Positions 45,461-58,582 of a DNA stretch of 64,000 nucleotides are shown piece after piece; the stretch's first letter is position 1, and every line of letters begins with the position of its first letter. The stretch is from Octopus sinensis. Lineage: Eukaryota. The DNA lies in contig NW_021830461.1 of assembly GCF_006345805.1 (NCBI RefSeq), positions 263 through 64,262 of the forward strand. Reading direction: 5' to 3'. Position numbers and translations under genes: made by a program. The notes under the pieces are model-generated. The model was not told where the DNA came from. It worked only from the letters and a program-made list of their open reading frames with translations, and did not search any database.

Positions 45461-46227
45461 AGTTAAACAATTAATTAGCTAATTAGTTTCTTTTTATTAA
45501 TTAAGTGAGTTTTCATGGAAGCCATAATAAGATTGTGATATTTATTAAAATTTTAATAAAAAAGTCTAACAGATTAAAAACTACTCTGTTTAAAGTAATA
45601 TATCAAATGGTTTTAAGCAAACACCTCAAATCTTCATTACAGTTTTTTCTGTATGCAAAGAGAGGTGGGAGATGGTTCTCCCAGATCCCATTTGTCAACC
45701 TCTTACCGTCGCCGAGAAAAACTTCATTTGTTTCCGGCAAAGATTTTATCATAATGAAGAGTTTTAATTAATAATGTAAGCAGGAAGGTAGAAGGGGGGT
45801 TTGTCAGTGAAAAGAACCGTGAAAAAATCGAAAAAATTCAAGAAAGATTTCGGAAAGCACTACAAGGACCGAATGAACATCTATCCATCGCCTCATTTAA
45901 AGAAATCATTTAAAGAAATTAAAGACAAAAAATTTCTTAAGTTAAAAAATTTTCTATTACTTTAAACAATGCAATTTTTGGCATGCAATTTTTGGCATGT
46001 ATGTGTTAATTAAATTTGCTATTCTTCTCTAAAGTCACTCCAAAATAATTTAGCACTTACTTTACTAGGATTGGTTTCCCATTTAATAATGTCCAAGGTT
46101 TGAAGATATTATACCCTAATCAAAAACGCTAAAGCAAAGCAAAATTTGTCACAACAGCACGTTGGATCTATTTATACTTGAAAAAGTGAATAGAGAAACA
46201 ATAAGGATTAAAATTAATTTGAAATTA

Positions 46228-46617
46228 CTAATTTTTCTTTTTTCTACGTCGATTGTGTGTTCTATAATAAATTTATAGTATTTAAATACCTTGAACAATA
46301 TATCTTTCCTCCATTTCCACTACAAAAAGGTCGTTGTTGATAAAAAGACAACGCGGTTGAATCAATATTTGCAGACGGAGGAGGTAAATTTTGAGGATCC
46401 ATTTCGACTATTAGAATAATTTAGGAAGATTAGATACTTGGGCCTACCCCTGTAAATTTCTTCTTTTTCGTAAAGTGCTCTTCTCGATTAACCCATGTTA
46501 TGGCTTCCTCGTCATACTATATGTACTTTGTGTTAATTATATAACAACCATTGAAGATTTCCGGATCTGTCGACCGGGATTTCTCAGAAATTTAACTGCG
46601 TAGAAACTTCTAACCAT
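46228..46617 (-). CDS. Hypothetical small orphan protein (~100 aa), 3 introns (30, 30, 28 nt)
   Basis: MVRSFYAVKFLRNPGRQIRKSSM|YDEEAITWVNREEHF..GP|IEMDPQNLPPPS..YCS|RTHNRRRKKKN*; all junctions are GT-AG and in frame. Confidence 0.45.
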
Positions 46618-46899
46618 TAAATTCGATCTATGAAAGTTATTAAATCATTTAAATTAATATATTAAAATAGAACGAATCTTAAATCAGTAAATGTATTACT
46701 AACCACAGGGTTGTAAATCAATAAATAATTTATTTAGAATAATTAAAATAATTTTTAAATTTTAATTATAAACTAGAATAAAGTTAAGAAAGAATTATTG
46801 TTGTGCGAAGAGATTTGATTGAGTAGTCCCGCAAAGAATGGCAATCTAAATTGTTTTTCAGAGCCATGACTATTTCTCTGACTTAATTAAACAAAAAAT

Positions 46900-47420
46900 G
46901 ACCAGAACTAAAAAGATGCTAAATTTTTACTTTTTTGGCGGTTCTTCTAAAAGAGGGAAGCTGCCATCAAATAAATCAAATGTAACCAGGATTACCCTGG
47001 TTAAGGCCTGCTCTTTTTGAAAATGAGTAGCAGAGCTGATAGTTTTTTCGGCACACTTCAGATGGATGTATTTATCATTAACAAGACGAAAATGAAGGAA
47101 ACCCGATTTTTGTATTAACACAGGAGTTATCAAATCCGTGGAAAATCTAAAATATCTCGGAATAATTTTGGATGCATCTGGATCATTTAAAATTTATATA
47201 ATAAACAGAAAGAACAGAGCTACCTTAATGTTGAAAGCTCTTATATGATTTTGGTTGAAACCGGAAACCTTCCTATACGTATACTCTGCCTTTATACTGC
47301 CTATCCTGATCTATGGATTTCAAGGATGGTTCAAAAGTTGTGAAGAAAAGAAACACATTTAACTTTTGGAGAAAACGCAGAGATATACCATTAAAATGGG
47401 GCATGGCTGGATTTAAAATC
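46900..47420 (+). mobile_element. LINE RT-thumb remnant (L2/Jockey-like)
   Basis: VENLKYLGIILD..YSAFILPILIYG. Confidence 0.6.
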
Positions 47421-48049
47421 AAAACTAACCCCAAAGTTGGAGAAATTTGTACGATCCATTGAAAAATTGTTGCATCACTTAAATAAATAATGGTTTATTA
47501 ATAAAATACGTCCTAATCGGGTGGTTGCTGGTTTTTGTGCTGTGCTATCGTTATTTAGGAGTGCTAGAAGACAGGTGTAGAGGATGTAATCAAAAATATT
47601 AAAGAGGAAATGCAAAATCGTATCGTTAGATAATCAGAAATTAAACTAAATGCAGGTAATCTACTTAGAACAATTATTGAGCTTGATCTGCAGGTAATCA
47701 CTGTTATATCGGTCTTCTCAATCAGAAACCATTTTTGACGAAATATACAAATTTATAAAATAAGTCAATCTCCTTAAGAAAAACAGTAATCCAGCATCCA
47801 GCATGAACACAAACACAGAATTCGTGCATTTTAAATATAAAACAAGCACATTCGAAGAAATTGCCAAATTTAAAGAGAAGCTGGAATAACGCGTGATTAT
47901 TGGAAGAAAAAGCGGAATTCTATTATTATCGATGAACAAAACAACTCCATGTGGGACCAAATACGGAGAAAAGTACTATGAGAGTAAACGTGCCTGTGAT
48001 ACCAGATTATTATAGAAAGTAAGTAACTCAAAGAATAGTCGAGAGCCTG

Positions 48050-48275
48050 GGGGTCAGCTCAACAACGCCACAGTGCGTATTAAATGGCAGTTTTCGCTGA
48101 GTACGACGACCGAGCTGAAAGAGTCAGCTCGTCTCCCTCCGGTCATTCGTTTTTGAGGAAATTCTCCTACCAATGTCAGTGAGAAGTAGAGTCGCGGTTC
48201 CCAAGGTTTCGAAGGCAGGGGGCAAACTCAAGAGTCTGAAATAAGCAGGTTGATTCGTCCAACTGAAGAGATATA
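48050..48275 (-). mobile_element. Degenerate CRE-clade LINE 3' remnant
   Basis: Nucleotide match to the copy at 340-540 (aatgaccggagggagacgagctg). Confidence 0.7.
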
Positions 48276-48539
48276 AGGAAAAAACTTAATTGGATCTCTG
48301 TAATAATTTAGAACAAAATATCATTGCGTAACTCGCGCACCCTACGGGTTGGGAACCGCTGTATAAGGTGTTAATGAAAAATTGCAGATTAGACAAAAAG
48401 CCTTTTCATTGACCTCAATGACAGAATTTTTCTTCCCATAATGATTGAAAACACCTATTTTTCGTGGAAATTTTTTGAGGACGTTTAAACTCAGGAATTA
48501 CAAAGACAAATATTAAAGTGTGGCAAATAAAAATTACAG

Positions 48540-49790
48540 TACGTTTTTTAATTTAACGAAAACGATTTTTAAATTTCACTTATGTGTGCACGTAAGAATA
48601 CGCAAAAAAATCGAAAACATATAATTTCCAAAGAAACCTCGAAGCTTTTAACTATACAAAATTTAAAAACATTACACAATCTCAATTCAGTAAAGTATTC
48701 AACATGCCATTAGGAACAATAAACAAAATCCCAAGGCTTTGGACAAAATCCCAAGTTTGACAACCACTGTCCTAAGCAATGAATCATATTTTAAAAATAA
48801 GAATTTTAACAAAATTTCCTCGAAGTTTTCCTCAATTCATATGCCGTTATATGAATGGATTCAGAATAAAAGATCATTTGGCAATACTATTACAAATGCA
48901 ATGCTAAAACAAATAAAAATAAAATTGCAAAAAATTTTCATTTCTAAATTTTAAAGCTTCGAGTACACGAATTAATTCTTTTAAGAATAAATTTTGAATA
49001 AAATCTTGTATTATATCAGGAGATGATCAATTAGTCAATCCTGTCTTTTTATATGAAAGCCATGCTGACTTTTTACCGAAAATGTCATCTTATGGTCTCA
49101 AAGATGTGTTTAATTGTGACGAAATCGCATTGTTTTTTAAATGCACGCCACGTAAGACGTTGACACTACAATCCGATGTAAGAGCATTGGGAAAGGTTTA
49201 TAAGGATAGAATTACACTTATGTTGTGTACCAATTATTTGGGGGATAAATTAGACCCATTTATCATCGGAAAATCAAAAAATCCTCGTTAAACAACTTCC
49301 AGTAACATATGGCAACAGCAAAAAACCTTGGATGAATTGTATTTTGTTTGAAATTTGGGCGAAAAATTTTAATGAAAAAATGAAAATCGAAACATTTTTC
49401 TTATGTTAGGCTGCGCATCTGTTCATTGTATTGATAGAAAATACAGTAATATTGATTTTTTCCATTTCCGCAAATACAACCTCGAAAATATAACCTCTTG
49501 ATCAAGGAATCATCAGATCTTTTATAGCGAAGTATAAAAACCTCTTGATGAAAAATATTACGTTAACTGAAAGAGAGGATACATTTTACTTTCATGAAAA
49601 AATCAGAAATTTAAAACTAGTGATGCAATACCATTGATAATTTAAGAGTGGGATGAAATTATAATAACAACAGTAACGAATTGCTTTGAAAAAGCATTTA
49701 ACAATTGGGCAAAGCAGGAACTCCGGATGAAACTAAGGAGGACTCTCCGGTTTCAAATGATAATGAAAATTTTGCGTATCAAATTTGCAA
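48540..49790 (+). mobile_element. pogo/Tigger transposase remnant
   Basis: LYEWIQNKRS..ITNAML (HTH), VFNCDEIALFFK..KDRITLMLCTN..IGKSKNPR, PLDQGIIRSF. Confidence 0.8.
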
Positions 49791-50049
49791 AAACAGTGAT
49801 GAATTTTTGAGAAGAATCGAGTCATGTGTGCACTAAACATTTCTTGTAGCACTCAATAAACATGAAACTTGGAAACAAAATAGACTTTATCTTTAAGAGA
49901 TCGAATAGGAAGACGATTGGTCGCTGTGGTGCATAAAAGCGAGCAAAGCTCCTCCAATTTCTTTAAGATGAAGGCGTCTCATTTTTTAGAAGACTATTAT
50001 AAACAAATTAAGGATTCATAACAAAAGGTAAATAATCACAGACTCAGGA

Positions 50050-50516
50050 CTAACGGGCTCTACCACGACCCCGTACGCGCGCCCTTCCCCGTCCTCTAGG
50101 TCTGACGATATTATTTTCTTGTTTTCTACGCTGACGTTCGTCATCTTTATCCAAAACTACGAAATTGAATATTCATATTAAGACCTTCTCCTCTCTTCCT
50201 AACCTTCGGTCCGTCGTCGATTAGAAGAGAATCAAGCGGCAAACTATCGGGCAAGATAAAATAACGAATGTTGTTTCCACGGACTGAAAGAGTATCCAAT
50301 TGATAGGTGTCTCCACTTTTAGTGGTCATTTTCACCGTCTTTAAATGAGTATTCATGTAAATGTCGACTCCTATTTTAATATTAGATTGATGCTTACCAG
50401 TAATAGTTCCATGAACTTGGGAAGAATTTTTTAATTCAATCGTGACAGTTTCGTGGCTCAACTTCATTAAAAAACTAGGAAAACTTAAAAACAGATCTAA
50501 ACCTGACGAGCTTCAT
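50050..50516 (-). CDS. SNRPD1: Small nuclear ribonucleoprotein Sm D1, 3 introns (28, 27, 28 nt)
   Basis: [46 protein letters not shown]-rich tail. Confidence 0.97.
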
Positions 50517-50619
50517 CACGAGACTTCAAATTAATATTTAACATTTATAAACTGTTATAAATAAAAGTAAATTAAAAAATGATAATTTTTAATAACCTTT
50601 TTAATTTACCTAAGTGAAA

Positions 50620-50900
50620 ATAAAGATTTTATCTGTTTTCTATGAAATGTATTTAAGTCTTGCGTATATGTTTCATTCAGACCGCACTTTTCCAAGTTGA
50701 TTTTTTTGACTATTTTCTTCTGATAAATTCTAATTACATTTGCAAATATCTCAATTTCGCTTCCAAAAGTCATGTAGAAGAGCAAAAGTTTTTAGATATT
50801 TCAAAATTATGTCAGTTTTGCGCAGAGAAAATTGTTTTTTTGTTTCCGCAAAAATCTAAATCGGAATTTTTTGCCAAAATCATAATAATTCCCGACGGTA
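50620..50900 (-). mobile_element. RTE-like LINE remnant
   Basis: FHRKQIK segment similar to the RTE family seen at 10926-11340. Confidence 0.35.
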
Positions 50901-50929
50901 ATTTCTTCAAAGCCAATCCTTCTCCCGTT

Positions 50930-52330
50930 GTTGCGTATAAAAGCCGCGGTTAGATTTCTTGCGTCTACAGAGGTATCAAATTCTACGTAGACAAAAAGTG
51001 ATTTGCCAAGCGATTTTGGTATTTGATACCTTTCATACGCTCGGTTTTGTTCGTAGTGTGCCCGTGAGATATGGCCGGCGATGTTAGCTTTAACATTGAG
51101 AACGTGTCCGTGCAGGTAGCGTCTTAGACAAGTGATCGGCCTTCCCATTATGGGAAAATTGTAAATCCGTCCGGTCTCTTGCTATCATCGCGATCGAGGT
51201 TTGCTGGCTCAACGATTGAGCGGAACTCTAAGATTTGATTGCGCAAGACACTACATTATTTAAAGTCGCGTATCCGAGAAGACGGTCGGCGTTGCGGTGG
51301 CATGAAGAAAGGTGCATTTTCTTTTCATCTACCATGCTTCCACTGCGACAACGCTGCTTTGAACATTAGTTTAGACCGATTCCGAAAGTAACTCCAGTTC
51401 TGATGTAGTTATCGTCGAGGAGAATTCCTGTAGATGCAGAAGGAAATACATTCAGCCAGGCAACATAGCGCTGATGTGCAGCAGAAAGGAGGTAGGCCAG
51501 ATAGTGCTAGGTTGAGCGCGGGCTTTAGCCCTTAAAAAGACTTAGTGGCATACAGTCCATTTCAGTGCGATTGTCTTTATAGGTCAGAAAGAAGTAGGAG
51601 GTTTGAGTTTGTCAAGAATTTCCGACAAAAGATATTGGAAGGCGTTAAAATTTCGTGGATAGGACAACCGCTGTAGGAAATCAAAAGTTTTCCCTGTCTC
51701 CAACCGATATCATTGAATTTGAAGTAGGATCGACTCAGCTAATTATTTTAGGGATTTCTAGAAATTTCAAAAGAGATCGGCACGAAAACAAGACGGAAAG
51801 CAGCGTAGTGTGTATAGTAGTTTAAGAATATGTAACCTGCTCTTCAGCATAAACAATGAGTTGTGAAAGTTAAGACGAATGTTAGCTTGCAAAGTTCTTC
51901 TTTGAAGGACAGTCCACGCCAAAATGCATCAGTTCAAAAAGGAAAACCCAAAAAGGAGGAATTGGCAAGTTCTATGACAAATAAGCCAGAAAGGTTATTC
52001 AAGATCGGCTTGCAGGCCACAAGGAAACCGACCTCAAGGAAGTTGACGTTCACGATTTCGGTTTTCGACGCATTTTCCACTAGCCAGAAGGAATAAATCG
52101 CGGGATTAGCCGTCATAACTTATCGATGATTGAGTCCATAGGGCCGTACTAGGAGTCGTCCATGTAACAGACGCCCCAAGGAAATGGCTTCGTCGATGTT
52201 TTGTCTTCTAAAACAAACGAGCTGGTTGTACCATTAAGAAATGCACCAGATAGGCGATCTTAGTTGAATACATGACTTGAATTAATCTGAAATACTCGTG
52301 AGATAGTGACGCCGTCTTCGATTAAATTGA
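50930..52330 (-). mobile_element. Old, degenerate CRE-clade LINE (RT to REL)
   Basis: YMDD RT motif near 52170; decayed RPDG / FETS / GRRI segments near 50930-51150. Confidence 0.6.
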
Positions 52331-52826
52331 CTCCAGACCTTATTTTTTGAGTGTCCTTTCAAAAAATTCCAAAAATTCTCAGATTTATTCGATAACCTAG
52401 TTATCTTAATTAATGATTTAAATAAAACAATGAAAAATCATATATTTTTTTAAACAGAATCTTTACTGTCTAATCAGCTATAAAATGGGATATACTCCAA
52501 TAGCTCCGGAACATATAACAAAATTAAAAAGATAAAAGTAATATTATTTAAATTATTACTAATGAACGGTAGGCGGACAGCGCAGAAACTTTTAAGCGCA
52601 AAAATTTAAGTACTCGTAGAAAACAAATATGTTTAAAACATCATTTAATTAACAAATTATGTGCATTAATTAATCTTTATTCAGAATACTATTAGATTGG
52701 TGTTAGATAAACAAAAAACTTTGGTAAATAACTAATGTTATGTTTTTTAATAAAAAATCTCTACAAAAAATAGATTTTACATTTATTTTAATAAATTCCC
52801 AACCAAATATATTCAATTAAATTTTT

Positions 52827-53041
52827 TTATTCAATGTTTTTGCAATATGAACATTCTTTTTTAATCCCAGAAAAACACCAAATGAGGCCGCAAGGAAAGC
52901 AAAGTATTGCCAAAACGATTCCCTTAATCGTGAATTTTTCTACCATATATCCGATCTAATAAGAAGCTCAGATTATTATAATACTCCGCAATTCTTACAC
53001 ATTTTTATATCTCCATCCGCTTTAATTGTTTCCCCAGTCAT
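52827..53041 (-). CDS. BRI3-like small membrane protein (needs one A restored in a homopolymer)
   Basis: CKNCG|IGYMVEKFTIKGIVLAILCFPCGLIWCFLGLK-KECSYCK; CxxC-hydrophobic-CxxC layout of the BRI3 family; 26-nt intron. Confidence 0.55.
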
Positions 53042-53319
53042 TAAAAGAAAAATAATTTAATCCAAAATTATGCTATTAAAATAAATATTGAATAAAATAC
53101 AGATAATTATTTGAAAATTTAAGAACTATTCGTTTAAAAGCTTTTTTATAATCGATCTTTATTAAACATTCGAAAAATATTTTACATGCAAATTAAGAAA
53201 AACTGATATTTTAAATAATTTGTGAAATTTCTTAATCACAGCTAAGATTGTTGCTTCTTTAAATAAATCTTTATTTCTTTCAATTTTAAATTAACCTAAA
53301 ACTAGGAATTCCTTTCTTC

Positions 53320-54180
53320 TACACATGCCACGAGCACCCTTGTCCAAGAGATTCTCCAACCCGTTACCGAATCTCCTATGGACTCAGAGTCAGTCGCGGT
53401 AGAAAGTCGCTGGCTTGGGTTGTCTTTTAAGTTTCCGCAGAATAAACACGCACAGGACGAATGGGACAGGATTCTCTGTGATCAGAAGTCAAACAACCTC
53501 AAGCCTAAGCTTAACAAACATAGCTTGGCTTGTTTATTAGCCGCCTCGCAGCCATATTGACCGCCATCCCTATGAGATCGATTTGAACCTTATTGGACGA
53601 TGATTCCCTGAGGATCGGCGTCTCATTGCGCCTGGGGCTAAACGTATGCAGAGAACACCGGTGCCGCTGTGGATCCAGTGTTGACCCCTTTGGATTGCAC
53701 CTATTATCGTGTCAGAAAAGCTCCGGACGCTTTCCCCGACACGCTGCCCTGAACGACATAGTCAAGCGGACTCTTGAAACTGCCGGATTCTCATCACAGT
53801 TGGAATCGGTCGGCCTGGTTCGGGAGGATGGTAAACGTCCTGACGGCCTAACGACTTTCCCCTTCATCTGGGACGCAACTTGCACGGACATTTTCTCCGA
53901 CGGAAACATCTTTACGTCAGCCACAGGACCGGGCTCCGCGGCCAACCTTGCGGAAACATTAAAAGTCAAGAAATACAGTGCATTATCACACCGTCATATC
54001 TTTGCCCCGATCGCAGTGGAGACGTCGAGAGTCCTCGGTCCCAGAACTAAAATATTCCTTATGGGGGAGCTGGCAAGCAGGAGAAATGATCATCGGGAAC
54101 GGACATGGCTTTTCCAACGCATATCAATAGCTATCTTGCGTGGGAATTGCCATTCCATCTCATCTTATCCTCTGATGCTA
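53320..54180 (+). mobile_element. CRE-clade LINE 3' portion
   Basis: ORF 53593..54237: LRLGLNVCREHRCRCG..HLLSCQKSSGRFPRH..RPDG..WDATC. Confidence 0.9.
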
Positions 54181-54699
54181 AAAGTTTCATATAAAAAAAG
54201 ATTTATAAATTGTTTGTTGATGTTGAGTAAAGTATAGAAAAATCTTTATTTTAAAATAATGTAAAATATCAATCTAGAAAAAACAAATAAAATAATCAAG
54301 TAAATGATCAAGTACAATGTAAATTTATAACTCCGAGCGGACTTTCCTATTTTACTAACATTAAGAATAGACTGCTTAAATAAAGAGGTTTGTCTTTCAC
54401 TGGCAAAATGCTTAAAAATGTAATAGAAATATTTCATAATACCAGTTTGTTAGATAGGAGTTTACTGTCTTTAACTGCCTCTTTCATATCTAAAGCTACC
54501 TTGAATTAAACCAACAAAAATACTTGTTTGACATTCATAGCTTTGCGCAGCATGATATCATGTAATGAATTCTCAGAAAAATAAGATTCATTATCTTTTA
54601 AAATTATAAAACACAAGGTAACCATTCATTAGAATATACTATTATATATTTAAACATAATTATATTTTTAAATAGCACTAATTATAAATTTATTAAATG

Positions 54700-55740
54700 T
54701 TATTTATATATGCCAGAGGAAAAAAAGTTTTGGCTGTACAAAAGCCAACGTTCCGGAGGCTTTAGAATTTTTGTAACTTTGTAAGGAATACATTTCAAGA
54801 CCAGCATGGACTGGCTGGCACAATTCAAGGACTTTCAAACAGATTGTTTATAAACGGTTACTAGGCTTTCTTTTGCTCGACCGAACGATTGGCCAGATAT
54901 GGCTTTTAGGGCGACTTTACTGCATGTGAAGTCAATGTCCTGAGAAAAGAAGAAGCAGTGGTCAAAGATGACCCCCAAAATTCTGGAATGTTCGAGGACG
55001 GGTAGTTTTTTAGGGCTGACGTTGAAGTGTTATCGGTCGGGGATGAATAAGGTCACAGATGATTTTGACGGGGAAGGCATCATGTGGTTAGATCTTAGCC
55101 AATTGGTGAGACAGTCTAGGTGTGTTTGGAACCTGACTGTGGCTTCTGTGATTTCCAGATGTTTTGATACGGTCGCAATGTCGTCTACGTAACTTAAGAG
55201 TAGCATTGCGTTGTTGGTGGGGATGTCGCTCAAATGGAGGTTGAAGAGTAAAGAGGAGGGAGAAGAGTCCTGTGGTACGCCATTTGAAAGGTAGCGGAAT
55301 CAAGATTTTTTGTTCGCGTATTCTGTACGACCGTGTCTATCTGATAAAAAGCTGGTCAGCCATATTTTGTGGAGAATGTTAGATTCACAAATTTCGGTGC
55401 TGATGACATTAAACGATGTTCAGTCAAATGCCTTACTGATGTTTATTGATGTTAGAATTGTTCTTTGGGGGTGGATTGTAGTTGTTAAATCTGTCTGCGA
55501 TGCAATCCGTTAGAGTCGTGAAGTAAGTTGTTGTTGAATGTTGTGGGCGGAGGCCATGTTGAATTTTAGATAGGTTCAATATGTGTTTGATTAACTTAAG
55601 AATGAATCTTTTTGTGGCGATATTCGGATGTTATGCTATGCTTAGCAAAAAAAGACGCACCATTTCCGCCCCATAGGACTCCCTTTTCTGAGATGCTCTC
55701 TTGGCAGCAATTGAAAGAGTACAAAGCTCCCGTTCCACGG
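54700..55740 (-). mobile_element. LINE reverse transcriptase remnant (Jockey/CR1-like)
   Basis: LLLSYVDDIA..WLRSN..SKSSVTLF. Confidence 0.7.
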
Positions 55741-56159
55741 AATTATAAATAGTTGTTCATCTTTAGATAAAAAAAGTTAATTTGTTTGACATACATTTAT
55801 TTTATAGTCCTAATAATATCATTATTCTGACAAATTTTAAAAGTTCTTTGATTATAAAATAATTTTTGAATTGAAAACGATCTCGAAACAGTAACGGATA
55901 TGAAAAACAACGAATTTTAGCTTGCGTAAATTATAATTATATCTACACTAGTCTGTAGATTGCGACTAGTTGTGTTTGCTTAGCCATAGATTTTAGAATG
56001 CTTCAGTAATTTCAGTAAAACTTTGATTTCGGCATCAATTTCAATCCCCAAAATTTTCAAAATCTTAGAATGTAGAAGAATGTCGTTTTCTTGACACAAG
56101 TGGAAAAAAAATAATAAAAAATTAGCTCAACAGAAAAATATCCAAGGAATTAGCGCTTA

Positions 56160-57240
56160 AGGGGATTGAAAACCAGAACCACAAAGGTCTCAACTGCAGT
56201 TTTGACCCGTGAGATTTTTCTTATTTCCTTCAACGAATTTCAAGTTTTGAATAGGATCGCGGCTATCGTCTCAATACTCCACTCATGCGAATCCTCCAGC
56301 GAACTGGTAAGTTCCAGGCCGAATGCCAGCTTGATGCAAATCGTCTACTTTCTTTGAGATTGATAATTAGACGTTCCCTCTCGTCCGTTTGATACCAGCC
56401 CTCCAATCCATGTATTAGTAGAGGCTGAAACCAGGTCAGTTTAACGTGAAGAAACGTCTCCGTGTTGAGACGGAGACACCTTAGCTCTTTTAAGATTTTC
56501 GCACATTGTTTACGCTTTGTGTCCACATATAGTTTGTAGAACCCGGTGGTGTCCACTGTTACTCTTAAGGTCTCAACTGCAGTTTTGACCACGATATAAT
56601 TACTTTTCCACAATCTTCGAACGTCGGGTTCTATTTGGCCTAATCGAAACCCAATAAATAGTGCTTTTATCCCCTGCAAGATTCAATCCTTCATCCCTGC
56701 AGCACATTTCTACTTCCTCCACGTACGGTTCAAGTCTGCTCCAAGATAATCTCCTCCTGTGTCGAGGTCCCACATCGAGACATTCGTAACCAAGATTTTG
56801 TCGGCGTGGATAATCAATCTGCTCGTCAAAAAAGGTGGTTTCTCTCGGAGAGAAAACATTCCAGCCATTTTACAGTTTTTTGCCCAGCACCCAATTCTGC
56901 CACTTTCTCCCTCAACATATTATTTTCCTCCGCATGTGTCGAAAAACCATTAAATACGACCCTTTTTATTACCCTCGAAATTGTAGAGATAAGGCTAATT
57001 GGTCTATAGCTTCCCTCTTGCGTACTTTTGGATCATTTGGACAATTGCTCGTTTCCAGTCAGCTAAGATATGACCAATGTCCCAACTGGCATTGAACAGT
57101 TTAACCAAAATTCAAAGCAGGCATCTCGGTGCCTTTTTGAACATCCCCATAGGAATGAAGTCAAATTTTGATACTTAGACTTCGGGAGTCATTAGCTCTA
57201 AAACACCTCCTTCTTTTGTTTTGAAGTCTTAGCTTCCGTT
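56160..57240 (-). mobile_element. RTE-like LINE remnant
   Basis: Decayed RT C-terminal motifs (..LIHGLEGW..). Confidence 0.5.
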
Positions 57241-57373
57241 GTAACTTTAATTCTTTTGTTTAACAATTTACAATGAATCGTAATTTTATTTATTTTAAAT
57301 ATTTATTATTTTTATAAATTATCAAAAATAGATTGTGGTTTACAAAAAATCGTTCCGATGTATTACTAAAATT

Positions 57374-58582
57374 ATGACATTAAACTTGTTACTCATAAGA
57401 AATTTTTCTTCGGAAACTGAAGCTGTATCTAACATTGCTTCTAACTTGTTTTACGGGATTATAAACGGCAACAGAGGCGCACTTTCCCGTTCAGTAACGC
57501 TTGTGGAATCGACAAATATTTATAAAAGGGAAATTGGGCAGAATATTATATCGAAATGCCTTAAATATGCTAAAGAAAACTCAGATCTCCAAAAGACGTT
57601 CCGAATTGGTATACTATGTTTATTTAAAACATCATAAATTAATCAAAACTAAAAATATAGGCATCTCAGGACCGCCTGGGGCCGGAAAAAGTACTTTTAT
57701 AGAGTCGTTCGGTACTTTTCTAATTAAAAAGGAAAACAAAGTGGCTGTCCTTACTGTTGATCCTTCTTCTGTAACTCGAGGAGGTACAATATTATTAAAA
57801 TAATAAAATAAGGTTCACTCTTGGGTGATAAAGTGAGAATGCCTCGACTTTCATTGAACAAAAATGCCTATGTAAGACCGTCTCCAACAAGTGGCATGCT
57901 TGGGGGGGTTGCAAGAGTGACAAATGAAGTTCTTTTCCTTTGTGAAGCCGCCCAATATAACATTATTCTTATTGAGACTGTTGGTGTTGGCCAGTCAGAA
58001 ACGGCTGTTGCTGATATGGTGGATTTATTTTTACTGTTGATTCCTCCGACAGCTGGAGATGAAATGCAAGGTTGCAAAAATTAATAAATAATACTAATTT
58101 AAAATATAAACAAATCAAAGGAATGAAGAGGGGAATTACTGAACTGAGCGATATCATTGCAGTGACCAAAAGTGACTCAGACATGCTGACTCAGTCAAAA
58201 CGTATTCAAGCAGATTACAAAAGCGCTCTTAGATTTTTGTCACAAAAATCCCCAAATTGGAAACCAACTGTACTTTGGGGATTTACAAAATGTATAGGTT
58301 ATAAGGATATCTTCGATGAATCATGATGGATTTGATCAATTATATAGCAAAATATTCGAATTTCGCTCCAAAATGATAGAAAGTGGGGAGTTTATGGAAA
58401 ATCGACAAAAACAAAAGCAAGCTTGGTTTATAAAATCCCTTCAAAACAGTATTTGGGGAGCTGTTCAAGATAAATTTGGTGAAAGAATAACAAGTTTACA
58501 AGAAAAAGTTGCTAAAGATTTACTTACACCTTCTCAAGCAGTCGATCGTCTTCTAGATGAAATTTTAACCCGTAAATTATAA
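57374..58582 (+). CDS. MMAA: Methylmalonic aciduria type A protein (MeaB/MMAA GTPase), 4 introns (52, 29, 50, 28 nt)
   Basis: [66 protein letters not shown]. Confidence 0.96.

Noticed and set aside
48347-48361. GGTTGGGAACCGCTG hAT-type terminus
   Set aside because: No partner TIR or TSD found, so no element can be delimited
57609-58120. 50-52 nt MMAA introns as two fused tiny introns (recursive splicing)
   Set aside because: No internal AG/GT junction is present in either intron
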